Below, in pieces: positions 25,186 through 39,679 of a stretch of 64,000 nucleotides of DNA; position 1 is the first letter of the stretch; every line of letters starts with the position of its first letter. Under the pieces are notes generated by a model. That model saw only the letters and a list, made by a program, of their open reading frames with translations, had not been told where the DNA came from and did no database searches. Both the position numbers and the translations under genes were made by a program. Source of the DNA: Octopus sinensis (lineage: Eukaryota). The DNA lies in NCBI RefSeq assembly GCF_006345805.1, contig NC_043007.1, positions 51,212,001 to 51,276,000 of the forward strand. The letters run 5' to 3'.

Positions 25186-26613
25186 TTGAAACTGTAGATT
25201 TTATCTGACATTTTCAACCACGAAATTTAATGGAATATATAATTTAGATATCTAAAGAACAAGCACATTGAAATTAACGTTTATCTTCCTACATATATTT
25301 TCCTTTGTCCGGGTGTGTGTTTGTGTGTGTGTGTATGCGCGTGTGCGAGTGTGTGATTTTTGCCTAGACACAGATTTTCTTTATACACGTTTGTGTCGGC
25401 CAAAATGATTGCCATTGGTTAAATATATAACTGTTATATTTGATCTCTTAACCGAGCATGTATCATCTCACAAAGGCCACAAATGTGATCTAACTGCACA
25501 ATTTTAATGTAAATATTTTACGTTTAGTGCCATTATTTTTCCCAGTCAACAAATTTCTACAATAATGCCAATATCATATTGTTAGTCTATAATCTACACG
25601 TTCGCTGCAAAGGCCAAGTTATTGTTTTCCTTCTTATTCCTCCTCCTTTCTACTTTTTATATTCTTTCCCTCCTTTCTTTTCTCTTCTTTCTTTTTTTCT
25701 TCCGTAAAATGTATTAATGTGTTGCTGTGTAAAAACCAGTGTGTGGAAAAACTCACAAGGGCTATTTAAAAAGTTCCTATAGAATATCTAGTGCGAGAGA
25801 AACTTCGTCATTTGCATCAGGTGAAATCGAATGGCGATGAGATTCCTCGACCTAAAACTTCCCCTGCCCAGTTGTGAGAAATTGACCACCCTTACTCCAA
25901 CCTATATTTTCTCGTGAGAAACAAAGTGAAGATCGTAGACACGTCGCAAAGCATAACATTTGATGGTTGGTGTCGTGTTGTGCTGGAAGGTTTTAGTCAG
26001 CAGCATCTGAAGAGATTCCGCCACGAAACACAACGAAGATAGGCCTAAACGTCTGATCCTGACACAACTGAAACATATAGATAAGATCCCTTACTTGACA
26101 GAGTGGTTATATAAACCCAACTGATCGTTGTAGTGAAGGACAGACTGCTCGAGAGCAAGGTATATAACCCCAGCTAATCTTATGGCTTTTTGATTCAAGA
26201 GGAGGCCAAAGGAAGTCGTCTTGCACTGCTGACGACACCATAACTGTAAAAAGCAATATCAACAGTCGAAGTTCTAACCGAAATTATTGCTGACACAGAA
26301 ATATACGACTGTGTGCATATATATAATTATGAAAGAGGACAACAAACATTAAGGCAAGGCAAACATCTCGAGTCATATACATTATTATTATTGGAAAAAT
26401 TCAAAGTCTTACAGCTGTTTCTGGGATATCCCACAGTATGGGATATTCCGTCATTGGAGACAAATAGGGAAAATGAGAAGGATATAGAATAAGGAAATGA
26501 CGACATAGAGGACAGGAGTAAAGGAATAATGAGATGAAGAAAGAGAATAAAAAAAGTAGAAAAGTTCACAGTTCAAAGTTCCGATCATGTATAAATAACT
26601 CCGTAAGTCCTTA

Positions 26614-26798
26614 GGTGCAATCCTGTGTAAAACCATATAGGTTAACGTCCTAATAGTGTAAATATCGAGAAATAGACGCTAACCTATGAATGTTCAATAA
26701 CATCCCATCTGTTATTGAATGTTAATGCTTTCGCGCCTATTTCTTGAGATTTACACTATTAGGACTTTAACCTACATGGATTTACATAGGATTGCACC
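26614..26798. mobile_element. Palindromic MITE
   Basis: About 65-bp arms GGTGCAATCCT...CCTAATAGTGTAAAT..GAAATAG.CGC are reverse complements. Confidence 0.8.
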
Positions 26799-26939
26799 AG
26801 ACTTGTTTTTGGTGTCCTCTTTAATAATTATATATCCGCTATATCAGAAATCTACAATGGCTCCATAACTACCGTCTTGGCTATAACCTTGGAGCCCTGG
26901 TAATCCGTTACAGAACTTATTTTTATCTTTATTATTTGT

Positions 26940-27178
26940 CTTTATCACAGGTCTTGTTGGAGCTCCCGGAGTCTTGCATGCGTAGCTGGTTTACTACCTG
27001 CAGCCTATGATACCATGCTATCCGTTCTTTCCAGCTATCTAATATTTTCCTGATTATTCCGGCCGTGCCAAGGAGGCAAGTCTATTGTAACTGCTCTACT
27101 GGGCACTTTATTCGAATTTCCTTTATGTTCCCTTTGATGCCTTCTGATACTGTTCTCAAGGACCCAACAATAATTAAC
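26940..27178 (-). mobile_element. 3' end of an R4/Dong-type LINE (second subfamily; also 59985-60245)
   Basis: Minus strand encodes LLQ..CLLGTA.IIR.VLDS* and aligns with 59985-60245; next to a triplet tract. Confidence 0.7.
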
Positions 27179-27262
<84 letters not shown>

Positions 27263-27264
27263 TA

Positions 27265-27960
27265 TCCGGGCGGCGAGCTGGCAGAAACGTTAGTACGCAG
27301 GGCGAAATGCTAAGCGGTATTTCGTCTGTCGCTACGTTCTGAGTTCAAATTCCGCCGAGGTCGACTTTGCCTTTCATCGTTTCGGGGTCGATTAAATAAG
27401 TACCAGTTACGTGCTGGGCTCGATATAATCGACTTAATCCGTTTGTCTGTCCATGTTTGTTCTCTCTGTGTTTAGCCCCTTGTGGGTAGTAAAGAAATTG
27501 GTATTTTATTTACCTTTACGTTCTGAGTTCAAATTCCACCGAGGTCGACTTTGCCTTTCATCATTTCGGGGTCGATGAAATAAGTACCACTTACGCACTG
27601 GGGCCGATATAATCGACAAACCCCCTTCCCCAAAAATTTTCAAGGCCTTGTGCATAGAGTAGAAATAATTATTTAAGGCGGCGAGGTGGCAGAAACGGCG
27701 AGGTGGCAGAAACGCCGAAGTCGTCTTTGCCTGTCATCTTTACGGGGTCGGTAAATTAAGTACCAGTTGCGTACTGGGGATCGATCTAATCGATTGGCCC
27801 CCTCCCCTAAAATTTCAGGCCTTGTGCCTACAGTAGAAAAAATAGTTGGCACGCTGGACAAAATGCTTGGCAGTATTTCACCCGTCGCTACGCTCAGTTC
27901 AAATTCCACCGAGGTCGACTTTGCCTTTGATCCTTTCAGGCTCGATAAATTAAGAAACCG
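27265..27960 (+). mobile_element. Cluster of about four SINE family A copies
   Basis: Repeated GAGTTCAAATTCC(G/A)CCGAGGTCGACTTTGCCTTT motif at about 27340, 27525 and 27895, plus a rearranged copy near 27675. Confidence 0.85.
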
Positions 27961-28037
27961 AGGAACACTGGGAAAGAATGTTATCGACTAGTTCTCTCCC
28001 CCACGAATTTGTGGCCATATGCCTATAGTAGAAAGGG

Positions 28038-28096
<59 letters not shown>

Positions 28097-28151
28097 GCTA
28101 TTATTATTATTATTATTATTTTATCATTATTATTATTATTATTATTATTAC

Positions 28152-28210
<59 letters not shown>

Positions 28211-28477
28211 TATTCATTACACTCAGATTCGTTGTTATTCCCAGACTACTTTCTGATAAAGGTACACATCGCAACCATATAAGCGTAACATGGTGATCTC
28301 ATATGGAGATAAAAAGTACATGATCTTGCAAAAGGGACCCAATGTGTATATATGCCTGTATATATATATGTATATAATGTTTATATACATTTATGATACA
28401 TTTATGAATTTATGATATATATAATAAGCATACATATGTAATATATAAACATATATATGAGTAATCCGACATTAACG

Positions 28478-28519
<42 letters not shown>

Positions 28520-28520
28520 T

Positions 28521-28558
<38 letters not shown>

Positions 28559-28559
28559 C

Positions 28560-29360
28560 ACGAAAGAAGGTTTGAAAATGCATTTTAAAAGATGTTTATT
28601 TACTTTACCGGTTTCACTCTTTGGAAAAAGATTGTCAAAAATCATTGATGCTTGAAGGAGAGACAAAAAAGATAAATTCTTTTCAGTTCCACATTACTCC
28701 TCCTTTCCCCCACCCAAACACACCTACTGTGTCCTTTGAAATAGATACTATTCTTTTACGTTAGTTAACATGGTGGACAGGTCAGTTTTAGCTTCTCTAC
28801 TATTATAATGTAAACCTTTTTGAACTCATAATATTCTGTGCGTGTATACCAATATTCTAGCGAAATTTTTAATAATCCCTTCCGGAAATTATCTTGAGAA
28901 TGTATAATATATTTGTTGTAATCTTTTGTGCCCAATATTCAATGAACTTGTTAAATTTTTTTATGTTCTCAACATGCTCTTGTCACAAAAGAATGTATAT
29001 ATATATATATGTATTGTAGTACTCTGTGTCAATCAATATTCTGTGCGTGTTTAGATATACAGATACAATGTCCCACAGAAATTTTAATAATTCCTTCTGG
29101 AAACTATCTTAAGCATGTTCTTGACAATGATTATTTATGTAGTAATCTTTTGTGCCCAATATTTTAAGGAACTTGTTAAACTTTTTTATGTCCTTAACAT
29201 GTCTTTGTTACCAATGACTGTATATATGTAATGTAGCAATTTGTAACAACCAATAATTAACGCAACCAAACTTCTACATGTTACTTTTTCCAAAGAGTGA
29301 AACCGGTAAAGTAAATAAACATCTTTTAAAATTGCATTTTCAAACCTTATTTCGTATATA
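28560..29360 (-). mobile_element. PLE-like insertion with inverted terminal copy and HHR motif at 28602-28642 (UUGACAA core)
   Basis: 28560-28630 is the reverse complement of 29280-29355; internal direct repeat of about 200 bp; AUUU-UUGACAA-stem II-GAAA-CCGG-UA-AAGU. Confidence 0.6.
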
Positions 29361-29395
29361 ATTCCACTCGTGCGGTACCCTACAACTCCACTTTG

Positions 29396-29430
<35 letters not shown>

Positions 29431-29433
<3 letters not shown>

Positions 29434-29700
29434 CAACAATTAAGGGTTTAGCAACGAGTAGCTTAACCACATACCGAAAAATTTAGAAATAGCAGCCAAA
29501 AGACCATTATTTCTTTTCGCTACAAAATATGACTCCACAGACAACCATCTCTGTAACTCAACCCTTAATTATTGTTATAATTACATATAAAACTTCTTGT
29601 ATAAGTTTTTACCGAATATGGTTCCTTTCCATACCGAAACTACTTGGTTAAATTTATTAATTATAAATTAATAATTTTTTACCCTATATCTATCATATAT
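29431..29700. mobile_element. Foldback fragment related to retrozyme-like family R3
   Basis: Shares GGGTTTAGCAACGA..CCACATACCGAA..TTTAGAAATAGCAG with 36770-36820; inverted ends AACAACAATTAAGGG / CCCTTAATTATTGTT; (TA)n flanks. Confidence 0.6.
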
Positions 29701-29711
29701 ATATATATATA

Positions 29712-30314
29712 CTAGCTGATGTATCCGTTACTTCCCGGAAAAGCGGGGCTCATCCCTTGGTTCCGTTCTCACAATTGTTTCATTAATCCAATAACAACAA
29801 TACAAAGTATGATACGAAATAACAAGCTAATCAGATTTGCGTTCCTAAGAATATTACCCTCAGGAGCACTAGTGTTGGTATATTCGTGAATAAGTCACTA
29901 ACCGAAATAAGTGGATCTATTCTTTAGGAAAATAGTATTTACTGGATAAATTGCGAAAATAACTCTAACAGTTCAAATACTTAGAAAGAAACATATTCAA
30001 TTTGATTTTTACCAAATAATTAAGGAAAATGAGTGGGTTATTTCCCTTGGCTATTTATAAGGATCCCTTCCAGGGGCGAATGGTTATTTCCCTTGGTTTT
30101 TAACATAAAACATATTAGATATATATAAGGATCCCTTCCAGGGGCCCTATTATCGATTTTTTTTTTCAACAATCTGAGTATGCCATGAGGTTTCCAGACA
30201 TGAGTTCTACTCACGTGTCAAGTTTCAACAAAATCGATAAAACGATGTAGGGAGGAGTTAGCTAACAACTCCACAAACATAACAACAGGCAGAATTTCCC
30301 ACATATGTAGTAGA
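29712..30314 (-). mobile_element. Non-autonomous Helitron
   Basis: Minus-strand 5' TC (A|TCTACTACATAT) and 3' CTAG at 29712 with a degenerate subterminal hairpin. Confidence 0.65.
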
Positions 30315-30604
30315 TATTTTATGTATACCTTTTAGCTTAAGTCTTTTACTTGTATCAAACATTGGACTTATGACAGTGCTGGGGCACAATCTTAAAGGTT
30401 TTAGGCGCAGAAATCCGCCTAGGACTCCCTGTTAAGCCACGAACTCATTCCATCCGTCTCTTGTAGTTTCCGTCTAATAAATCCACTCACAAACCTTTGG
30501 TCGAGGCGAGGCTATAGTGGAAGACAATTGCCTGAGGAGGGACTGAGCTCCAGATACCGCTGGAACAGTAAGCTTCAGTCTCAACCACTCAGTAATACAT
30601 GCGT

Positions 30605-30628
30605 CTATAGACAGACAGACAGACAGAC

Positions 30629-30702
<74 letters not shown>

Positions 30703-30720
30703 GTAGGTAGATAGATAGAT

Positions 30721-30818
<98 letters not shown>

Positions 30819-30820
30819 TA
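30605..30820 (+). repeat. (GACA)n/(GATA)n microsatellite
   Basis: Direct inspection. Confidence 0.95.
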
Positions 30821-30957
30821 TTTTATTTATATACATAATTACAAGGACTTGTCTATGTGCCTCACCACACACTGAAAAATAGACATCAAAAGACATATAC
30901 ACAACACACACCATATATATATATATATGTATATATATATGTATATATATATATGTG

Positions 30958-31002
<45 letters not shown>

Positions 31003-31432
31003 TATACATAATATATATAAGTATATATATATATATATAATATAGTTCTATCTGATTGACATACATCCTTTATCTTTCATCCAAAACCAGTTGTCAAATT
31101 GTGGTGGGAGACAAACACAGGCGCAAAATACACACCCATAGATATATACATATATATGTATATATATTTGCATTTCTATATATGAATATGTATGTATATG
31201 TATGTATGTATATATATATATATACACATATATACATACGTACATACATATATGCACTCATATATGACAAATGTACAAATATTTATCTATGCTTATGCAT
31301 ATATACCATATATATAAATAAATATATATATATATATATAATATACATGTATATATATATATATATATATAAATAATATGTATACACACACCTATATATG
31401 TGTGTGTGTATGCATATGTAGGTGCATGCATA

Positions 31433-31518
<86 letters not shown>

Positions 31519-31954
31519 AATATAATATGTATAAATTCGTGTATATCTAATAATACAATATAAGTACACACTGAAGTACAGTCGTAAACCCCCGTCGGGT
31601 ACCCTCATGCAGACATTATATATGTAGAATCTTATATATTTGCATTATCTAAATCTTGTGTACATGTTGCATCATCAAAGAAAATGCTACGTTTAATATA
31701 CTATAGGCCGAGACAGGACTCCTGTACGCTTCCTTGATTAATATGTTTACAAGTTTACTTGATTCGTGTACGTGTGTGTATATATATATATTGTTTCGGA
31801 CGTCGCGAGTGCGTAAATTCAGAATGTCACTTTTAGACATGCATAAACATGTACCTGAGTATGGAAAAAACATATATGTACATATATCTATACGATTATA
31901 TTATCCATATATATTATATATATATAATATATATATATATATAGATATAATGTT

Positions 31955-32014
<60 letters not shown>

Positions 32015-32559
32015 TATATTGTTGTGTCTGGGGAGAGTCATTCTCTTTTAGTGCCTTATTATTTAACACACTCACAGGTTCAGTTTCCACTCATTTAATT
32101 TTCTAAAATTTTCGTTACGTCTTGCAGAATTTTCAATACCGTTGACTCTGAGCTGCGTTTCAAAAACGAATATATATAATATATATATACACATATATGT
32201 ATATGTGATTGTGAGTGTTTGTGAGTGTGTGAGGGTGTGTTTGTGTGCCTGTGTGTGTACTTTTGTACGTCTATATATATATATACATAGATACATAAAT
32301 ATATGATATATGTATATATATATATATATATTCATATAAATATATATTTACATTTGTATATTTTTATCCTTCATATCTAGCTGGTATAAAATATATAAAA
32401 ATAAAAACTTATTTTTATAATTTTATATATTAATAGAATGAATCCCCAAATATGACACATATAAATCAGATTCCGGTTATAAATTCATTTACCCTTAAAA
32501 CTAATTTAAAATCCATATCAAAAATATCTTTCTTTTACACTTTTCTCTATTTTTTTTTG

Positions 32560-33170
32560 TTTCAGTCATTTGACAGCGGCCATGCTAGAGCACTGCCTTG
32601 AAAAGTTATAGTCGAACAAATCGACGCCGCGACTTATATTTTAGGCCTAGTACTTATTCTATCGCCGACTGTTGCCGAACCGCTAAAGTACAGGGACATA
32701 GACACACCAACACCGGTTGTCAGACGGTGAAGAGGGAGCTAACAGAAACAAACATACGTAAATAAACACACACACACACATATATATATGACAGTCTTCT
32801 TTCGGTTTCCGCCTATCAAATCCACTTACAAGGATTTACCCAGAGTGCCACGTAGTGGGACTGAACCCGGGACCATGTGGCTTGGAACACACGTCTATAT
32901 GTGTGTGTGTGAGTGTGTATTTGTGTTTGTTTTGGTCCCACTCCCTTACAGCATGACAACCGGTTTCGGTTTCTTTTCACGTTCGTACGGTATCAGGCTT
33001 AAAATATATGTAGTGGGCCCGTTTTGTTCGAATACAGTGTCCATTAACTGAAAGAAAACAGAAATGAGAAGATACATTTGTATATATATCCATATATGTA
33101 CGTATGTATGTGTGTCTGTGTGTCTGTGTGTCGTGTGCGTGTGTGCGCGCGCGTATGTATATGTGTATAT

Positions 33171-33222
<52 letters not shown>

Positions 33223-33429
33223 CATATACATGAGTGAATATTTACCCACACACCCCTGACACACACCATACACACATCTATGCATGTATACTTAAATGCA
33301 TATACACGTTCATGCACATCAATTCGTATCTAAACTTACGTATAAATGTATGTATGCTTGTGTAAATACACCAGCATGGGTTGTCGAGCGATGTTGGTCG
33401 TGGGGAGACAAATACAGACGCACAAACAT

Positions 33430-33470
<41 letters not shown>

Positions 33471-33650
33471 CATATATATATATACACGACAGGCTTCTTT
33501 CAATTTCCGTCTACCAAATCCCCTCACAAGGCGTTGGTCGGCCCGGGGGTTTAGCAGAAGACGCTTGCCCAATGTGCCACGAAGTGGACTGAACCCGGAA
33601 CCATGAGGTTTTTGGTAAGAAAGCTACTTACCGCACAGTCCACTCCTGCA
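32560..33650 (-). mobile_element. Two SINE family B copies (others at about 30360-30600, 35740-36020, 36100-36410, 39005-39325, 40930-41375, 50040-50200, 61665-61900)
   Basis: Head AGGCGCAGGAGTGGCTGTG.GGTAAG...GGTTCCGGGTTCAGTCCCACT with A/B-box-like motifs, an internal (TG)n/(TA)n tract and tail GACTGAAACAAG. Confidence 0.85.
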
Positions 33651-33672
33651 CCTATATATGTATATATATTAC

Positions 33673-33749
<77 letters not shown>

Positions 33750-34427
33750 CATATGTATTATGTATACATATATAATATGTATACATATATATGTATGCAT
33801 ATATGTGTATACATACATATATAATATATATATACAATATATATATATATATATATATATAATATAATATATATATACATGCAAACGCACACATACACAC
33901 ACGCTTTTGTGGATTAGAATCTCGTTATGTAACAATGTATTTTCGGTACGTTAGTTAAGCGTTTCGACTATAGCCCTGGGCTGACCAGTACCTTGTGAGC
34001 TATTCTTCATGGATACAAGCGTCATGGAAAACTGTCGTGCGTGTGTGTGTGTGTGTGTATTTGTGTATGTACTTCTGCATATGTAGTTGTGCATGTTTGT
34101 ACCTATGTGTTTGACACCCCTTCCCACCAGCACCACCATTTTTAGCTATTCATATCCCCTCGATGTAGTGGTTCGATAATAGAAATCGATAGAATAACTA
34201 CCAAACATAAAGAAGTACTGGAATCGATCTCTTTTGACTATACTCTTTGAGCCTTTACTTTAGCAAGCTCGTTGTCCAGTGACTGAAACATGTGCAGAAA
34301 AAAAAAGATACGTATGGATATTTACATATGTACCTACACACGCACATACATATATGTATATATATATATGTATGTATGTACATGTGCATGCATGTATTTA
34401 TATATACATATATGTAGATATAAATAG

Positions 34428-34515
<88 letters not shown>

Positions 34516-35448
34516 CATACACACATAAATATGTATTATGGTATATTATTGAGTTGCTAAGAACGCGGTAGCGTACAGTATAAATTCGTCTACCTTCAGA
34601 TTTTCCCTGCGCAATCCAGTAGTATTATTATACGTACTTCCAGGTTTGCGTTTGGGCATCTGACGAGTGTGAATAGATCAATGAAGACTACGTTGCATGG
34701 AAACAATTCTTGTGATTAAATAAATAAACGTCCAGTCGTACTCCTTGTTGACTCCAATTATAAATATATGTATACATATATACATACATATCATAGATAT
34801 AGATACATACATACATATATAAATATATATATATATAAAACTTTTTTTTTTAGTAACTTATTTTCTCTAAATATATCACTGTATGTATAAATTTATAAAT
34901 ATATTTTATACGCTTATATATATATATGTCTATATATATATATAATTTGTATACATTTATATATATATATATATATTTATATACACGCGCGCGCACCCGC
35001 ATGTGGGTAGGTATTTTTTATGTATGTATGTACGTATGTACGTATGTATGTGTGTTAGTATGTATGTATATATGTTTCCACTGACCTGTAACCTGGTATG
35101 GATCCATAACAATAGGCGAGTTCCTTGTCCTTTTTCTCACAACCACACCCTCTCTTTCTCTTTCACATTACTTTGCCTCTCTCACTCGCTCAATCTCCCT
35201 CTCCTTTTCTCTTCACTCTCACATACACATACATGTGTGTGTATGTGTGTGTGTTGTGTGTGTGTGTGTGTGTGTGTGTGTGAGTGTGTGTGTGTGTGTG
35301 TAAGCTGTTTGTATGTACGGGTATATGTTAAGTGACTGTGCTTCTCTAGGTATATCCCTTCCCTCCCACTCTTGTGTATAATTACCAGTAAGATATGGAA
35401 ACAAAGGTAGAGTGGGAGAAGGGTAGAGAGAGAGAGACAGATAAGTTA

Positions 35449-35481
<33 letters not shown>

Positions 35482-35770
35482 GAGGTAGCGGGGGACAAGA
35501 GTGAAAAAGAGAGAGGCGTGCGGATTGTTTCGCTCTGCTTTGTATGCTTTAGCTTTGCCTTTAAGTCCAAATTGCTTTTGCGACATATCATTTATTGGGA
35601 CTGTAATACAGCCTAAGATTAAGATGGTGGTGCTAGGACTGGGCATGGTGCAGTTTGTGCTGGTGGTGGCGTTGATAGGGGTGGTTATAGTGTAATAGTT
35701 GTGGTGGGTGGTATTTCAGGTGATATTGTTTGTAGCGGTGCAATCGTCGGAAACTGAAAGAAGCCCTTAG

Positions 35771-35841
<71 letters not shown>

Positions 35842-36405
35842 CCCCGCAACATCGCTTGACAACCGATGCTGGCGTGTTTACGTCCCCGTAACTTAGCAGC
35901 TCGGCAAAGCGACCGATAGAATAAGTACTAGGCTTGCAAAGAATAAGTCCTGAGGTCGATTTGCTCGACTAAAGGCCATGCTCCAGCATGGATGCTTTCA
36001 AGTGACTGAAACAAGTTAAAGAATAAAATTATATATATATATATATATCTTTCATATATATATATGTATGTATATATATATATGTGTGTGTGTGTGTGCG
36101 TATTAGACTGTAGCCATGATGGGGCACCGCCTTGAAGAATTTTGAGTCAAATGAATCGACTCCAGCATTTATTTATCTTTTTTTTTCTGTTAAGCCTGTT
36201 ACTCTACGGGGATGTAAACACCGGTTGTCAAGCAGTGGTAAATGAAAAACTGGCTCAAATACAAATATAGAAATACAGAAATACATCACTCACAAGGCCT
36301 TGGTCGGCCCGAGGCTATAGAGGACACTTGCCCAAGGTGCCATACAATCAGTAGAACTCAACCCGGAACCATGTGGTTGGGAAAGCTTCTTTCCACTCAG
36401 CTACC

Positions 36406-36460
<55 letters not shown>

Positions 36461-36586
36461 CTCTCTCTATCTATCTATCTCTCTCTCCCTCTCTGTTTCC
36501 TGAGCTGCTGCTAAAACAGTATATGTACCACGTCCACACGTTATTGTTTTTTCTTGTTTGTCTTTTTTTGTTTTGTGGATTCACTA

Positions 36587-36640
<54 letters not shown>

Positions 36641-36643
<3 letters not shown>

Positions 36644-38231
36644 TAATGGTTATCCGTAATAATGAAGGGTGAAAATTAATTAATTGGAATAATTATCAAT
36701 TACACCAAGTAGTCTTCGGCATGTAAAAGCCTCATTCGAGGAAAATTAAGTAATACTAAGCAATAAGGGTTTAGCAACGAATTGCCTTACCACATACCGA
36801 ATTTAGAAATAGCAGTCAAACGGTAAGAGAATGAATTGACGGCAATCTATCATACAATTTTAAGTTATCTACGGACGTACGTTTCGAAATCAAGTTTTTA
36901 GGAAAGCATAAGAATTAAATATTAATAATTCTATCTCACCAATCTTCTTTTCTCTTCAGCGTAGAATACTATAATCATAAATGATTATATATTGAATTTT
37001 GAGATACTAGAAGGCACCAACTCAACTCAGTATCAGAGCGAGCTAGAATCCGCACTAGTATCACCAAATCCAATGTGTGAATGAAAAGATTGTGTCACCA
37101 CCAGCCCCTTCCCACCCGTGTGTAGCCAAAACAAGATGCTGTGGTCATCTACTGAGATAAAATATGGTTATGCGTAATAATGAAGGGTGAAAATTAATTA
37201 ATTTGGAATAATTATCAATTACACCAAGTAGTCTTCGGCATGTAAAAGCCTCATTCGAGGAAAATTTAAGTAATACTAAGCAATAAAGGTTTAGCAACGA
37301 ATTGCCTTACCACATACCGAATTTAGAAATAGCAGTCAAAGAGTTATAGCTATTTCTTCTACTAAAAAGGGAGATCTCAGTAAAAACAGCAATTGGAAGG
37401 CAGACACAAACAGGTAAGAGAGAATGAATTGACGGCAATCTATCATACAATTTTAAGTTATCTACGGACGTACGTTTCGAATCAAGTTTTTAGGAAAGCA
37501 TAAGAATTAAATATTAAATAATTCTATCTCACCAAAACTTCTTTTCTCTTCAGCGTAGAATACTATAATCATAATGATTATATATTGAATTTTGAGATAC
37601 TAGAAGGCACCAACTCAACTCAGTATCAGAGCGAGCTAGAATCCGCAACTAGTATCACCAAATCCAATGTGTGAATGAAAAGATTGTGTCACCAGCCCCT
37701 TCCCACCCGCGTGTAGCCAAAACAAGATGCTGTGGTCATCTACTGAGATAAAATATGGTTATCCGTATAATGAAGGGTGAAAATTAATTAATTTGGAATA
37801 ATTATCAATTACACCAATAGTCTTCGGCATGTAAAAGCCTCATTCGAGGAAAATTTAAGTAATACTAAGCAATAAAGGTTTAGCAACGAATTGCCTTACC
37901 ACATACCGAATTTAGAAATAGCAGTCAAAGAGTTATAGCTATTTCTTCTACTAAAAAGGGAGATCTCAGTAAAAACAGCAATTGGAAGGCAGACACAAAC
38001 AGGTAAGAGAGAATGAATTGACGGCAATCTATCATACAATTTTAAGTTACTACGGACGTACGTTTCGAAATCAAGTTTTTAGGAAGCGCAAAGAATTAAA
38101 TATTAAATAATTCTATCTCACCAAAACTTCTTTTCTCTTCAGCGTAGAATACTATAATCATAAATGATTATATATTGAATTTTGAGATACTAGAAGGCAC
38201 CAACTCAACTCAGTATCAGAGCGAGCTAGAA
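36641..38231 (-). mobile_element. Retrozyme-like tandem array, family R3 (about 590-nt monomer x2.6)
   Basis: Head-to-tail repeats with HHRs at 36868, 37461 and about 38050 (periods 593 and 588); first copy has an internal deletion of about 70 bp; (TA)n flanks. Confidence 0.8.
36868..36965 (-). ncRNA. Canonical type I hammerhead (also 37461-37559 and 38050-38148)
   Basis: UCUACG-CUGAAGA-GAAA(extended stem II)UUUC-GAAA-CGUACG-UC-CGUAGA; GUC site; palindrome ACGUACGU. Confidence 0.9.
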
Positions 38232-38249
38232 TACAAAATGAGAAAAGGG

Positions 38250-38304
<55 letters not shown>

Positions 38305-38855
38305 ATATATATATAGTTTTTATGTATATGTATATGTATGTGTCTATATATATTCATATAAATGCGTGTATCTTGCTATGTATGTAGGTATATTTATAAG
38401 AATCTGCTGAAACTAAATCTAGCATCGTTGGTGATATTTGTAAGAATCTAAAGACACGAAACCAACATTTTAAGGCATTGGGACATCACGTATCAGTGGA
38501 TGGGATGGAATGGAGAGACGTAAAAATGAGGGACAAACTATTCAGTTTAGACTCACAGACAGACAAACAGACGGACAAATATAGAGTTGCTAGTTGTTGT
38601 TGTTGTTTATTGTTTATTGTTATCTCCCATTTACGGTGTTTATCATCATTTTAATTGGTTTGTTGAAATCTTGGCATATGTACAGTATTAGAACACTGAA
38701 GAGTGCTTTCACAATGCGTAGATATATTTAGCCATACTGTCATATATATATATACATGCACACAAATTTGTATGCGTGAGTATGTATATGTAGACGTTTA
38801 TATGTATACACACACATATATATATATATTTATATATAAACCTCTGTGTGTATAT

Positions 38856-38891
<36 letters not shown>

Positions 38892-39679
38892 CTGTATGTG
38901 TGTGGGGGGGTAGGTATTTGGTAAATGAGAGACAGAAGATGGGAGATACGAGAAATTTTATTAATGTATGTATATATATATTTTTATACATGCATGTATT
39001 CTTTTATTTGCTTCAGTCATTTGACTGTGGCCATGCTAGAACACCGCCCTTAGTCGAACAAATCGACCCCAGGACTTATTCTTTGTAAGCCTATTACGTA
39101 TTCTATCGGTCTCTTTGCCGAACCGCTATGTTACGGGGACGTAAACACACTAAAATCGGTTTTCAAGTAATGTTGGGAGGACAAACACAGAGACACAAAC
39201 ATAGACATATACATATATACAAGGGCTTTGGTCAGCCCGTGACTATAGTAGAAGTCACTTTCCAAAAGTGCTATGCAGTGGAACTGAACCCGGAACCATA
39301 TGTTGTTGATAAACAAGCTACTTTATTTCATTAAATTTTTCCTGAAGATAGAGCAAAGATTGGGTAGCTTTGCAGGCTGGACAAACACATTAATGAATGA
39401 AAATGAAATAAAATGAATTAATGAGAGACGAAACCCAACACCCACCGATTGGATTTTTCTCGAAAACATATTTTCTTTTTTTAAAAATCAATATGAGGTT
39501 TCAAACATCTTACAAGAAGGAGGCACTAAAACCTCTTACTTAACATGTTTTTATTTTTTTAAACAAACAATTGAGGTTATAAACCACTACAAATTACACA
39601 ATAAGATGAGGTTTCAAACCTTCTAACGAGGCTTTTTCACCTCCTACTCATCGATATATCCATCAATATATCCATCATT

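Noticed and set aside
26005-26045. CTGAAGA-G...C-GAAAC motif
   Set aside because: No UH cleavage site, and helix I/III pairing is absent
34655-34715. CTGACGA...GGAAAC hammerhead-like motif
   Set aside because: Helix II closure and the cleavage triplet do not fit; at best a decayed motif
36705-36745. Possible second ribozyme in R3 (minus strand CGAATGAGGC...GCCGAAGAC)
   Set aside because: Core and GAAA are both non-matching; better explained as part of a long-range helix
15167-38231. CRISPR-like interpretation of the tandem repeats
   Set aside because: Units are 480-590 nt with no unique spacers, in eukaryotic context with no cas genes
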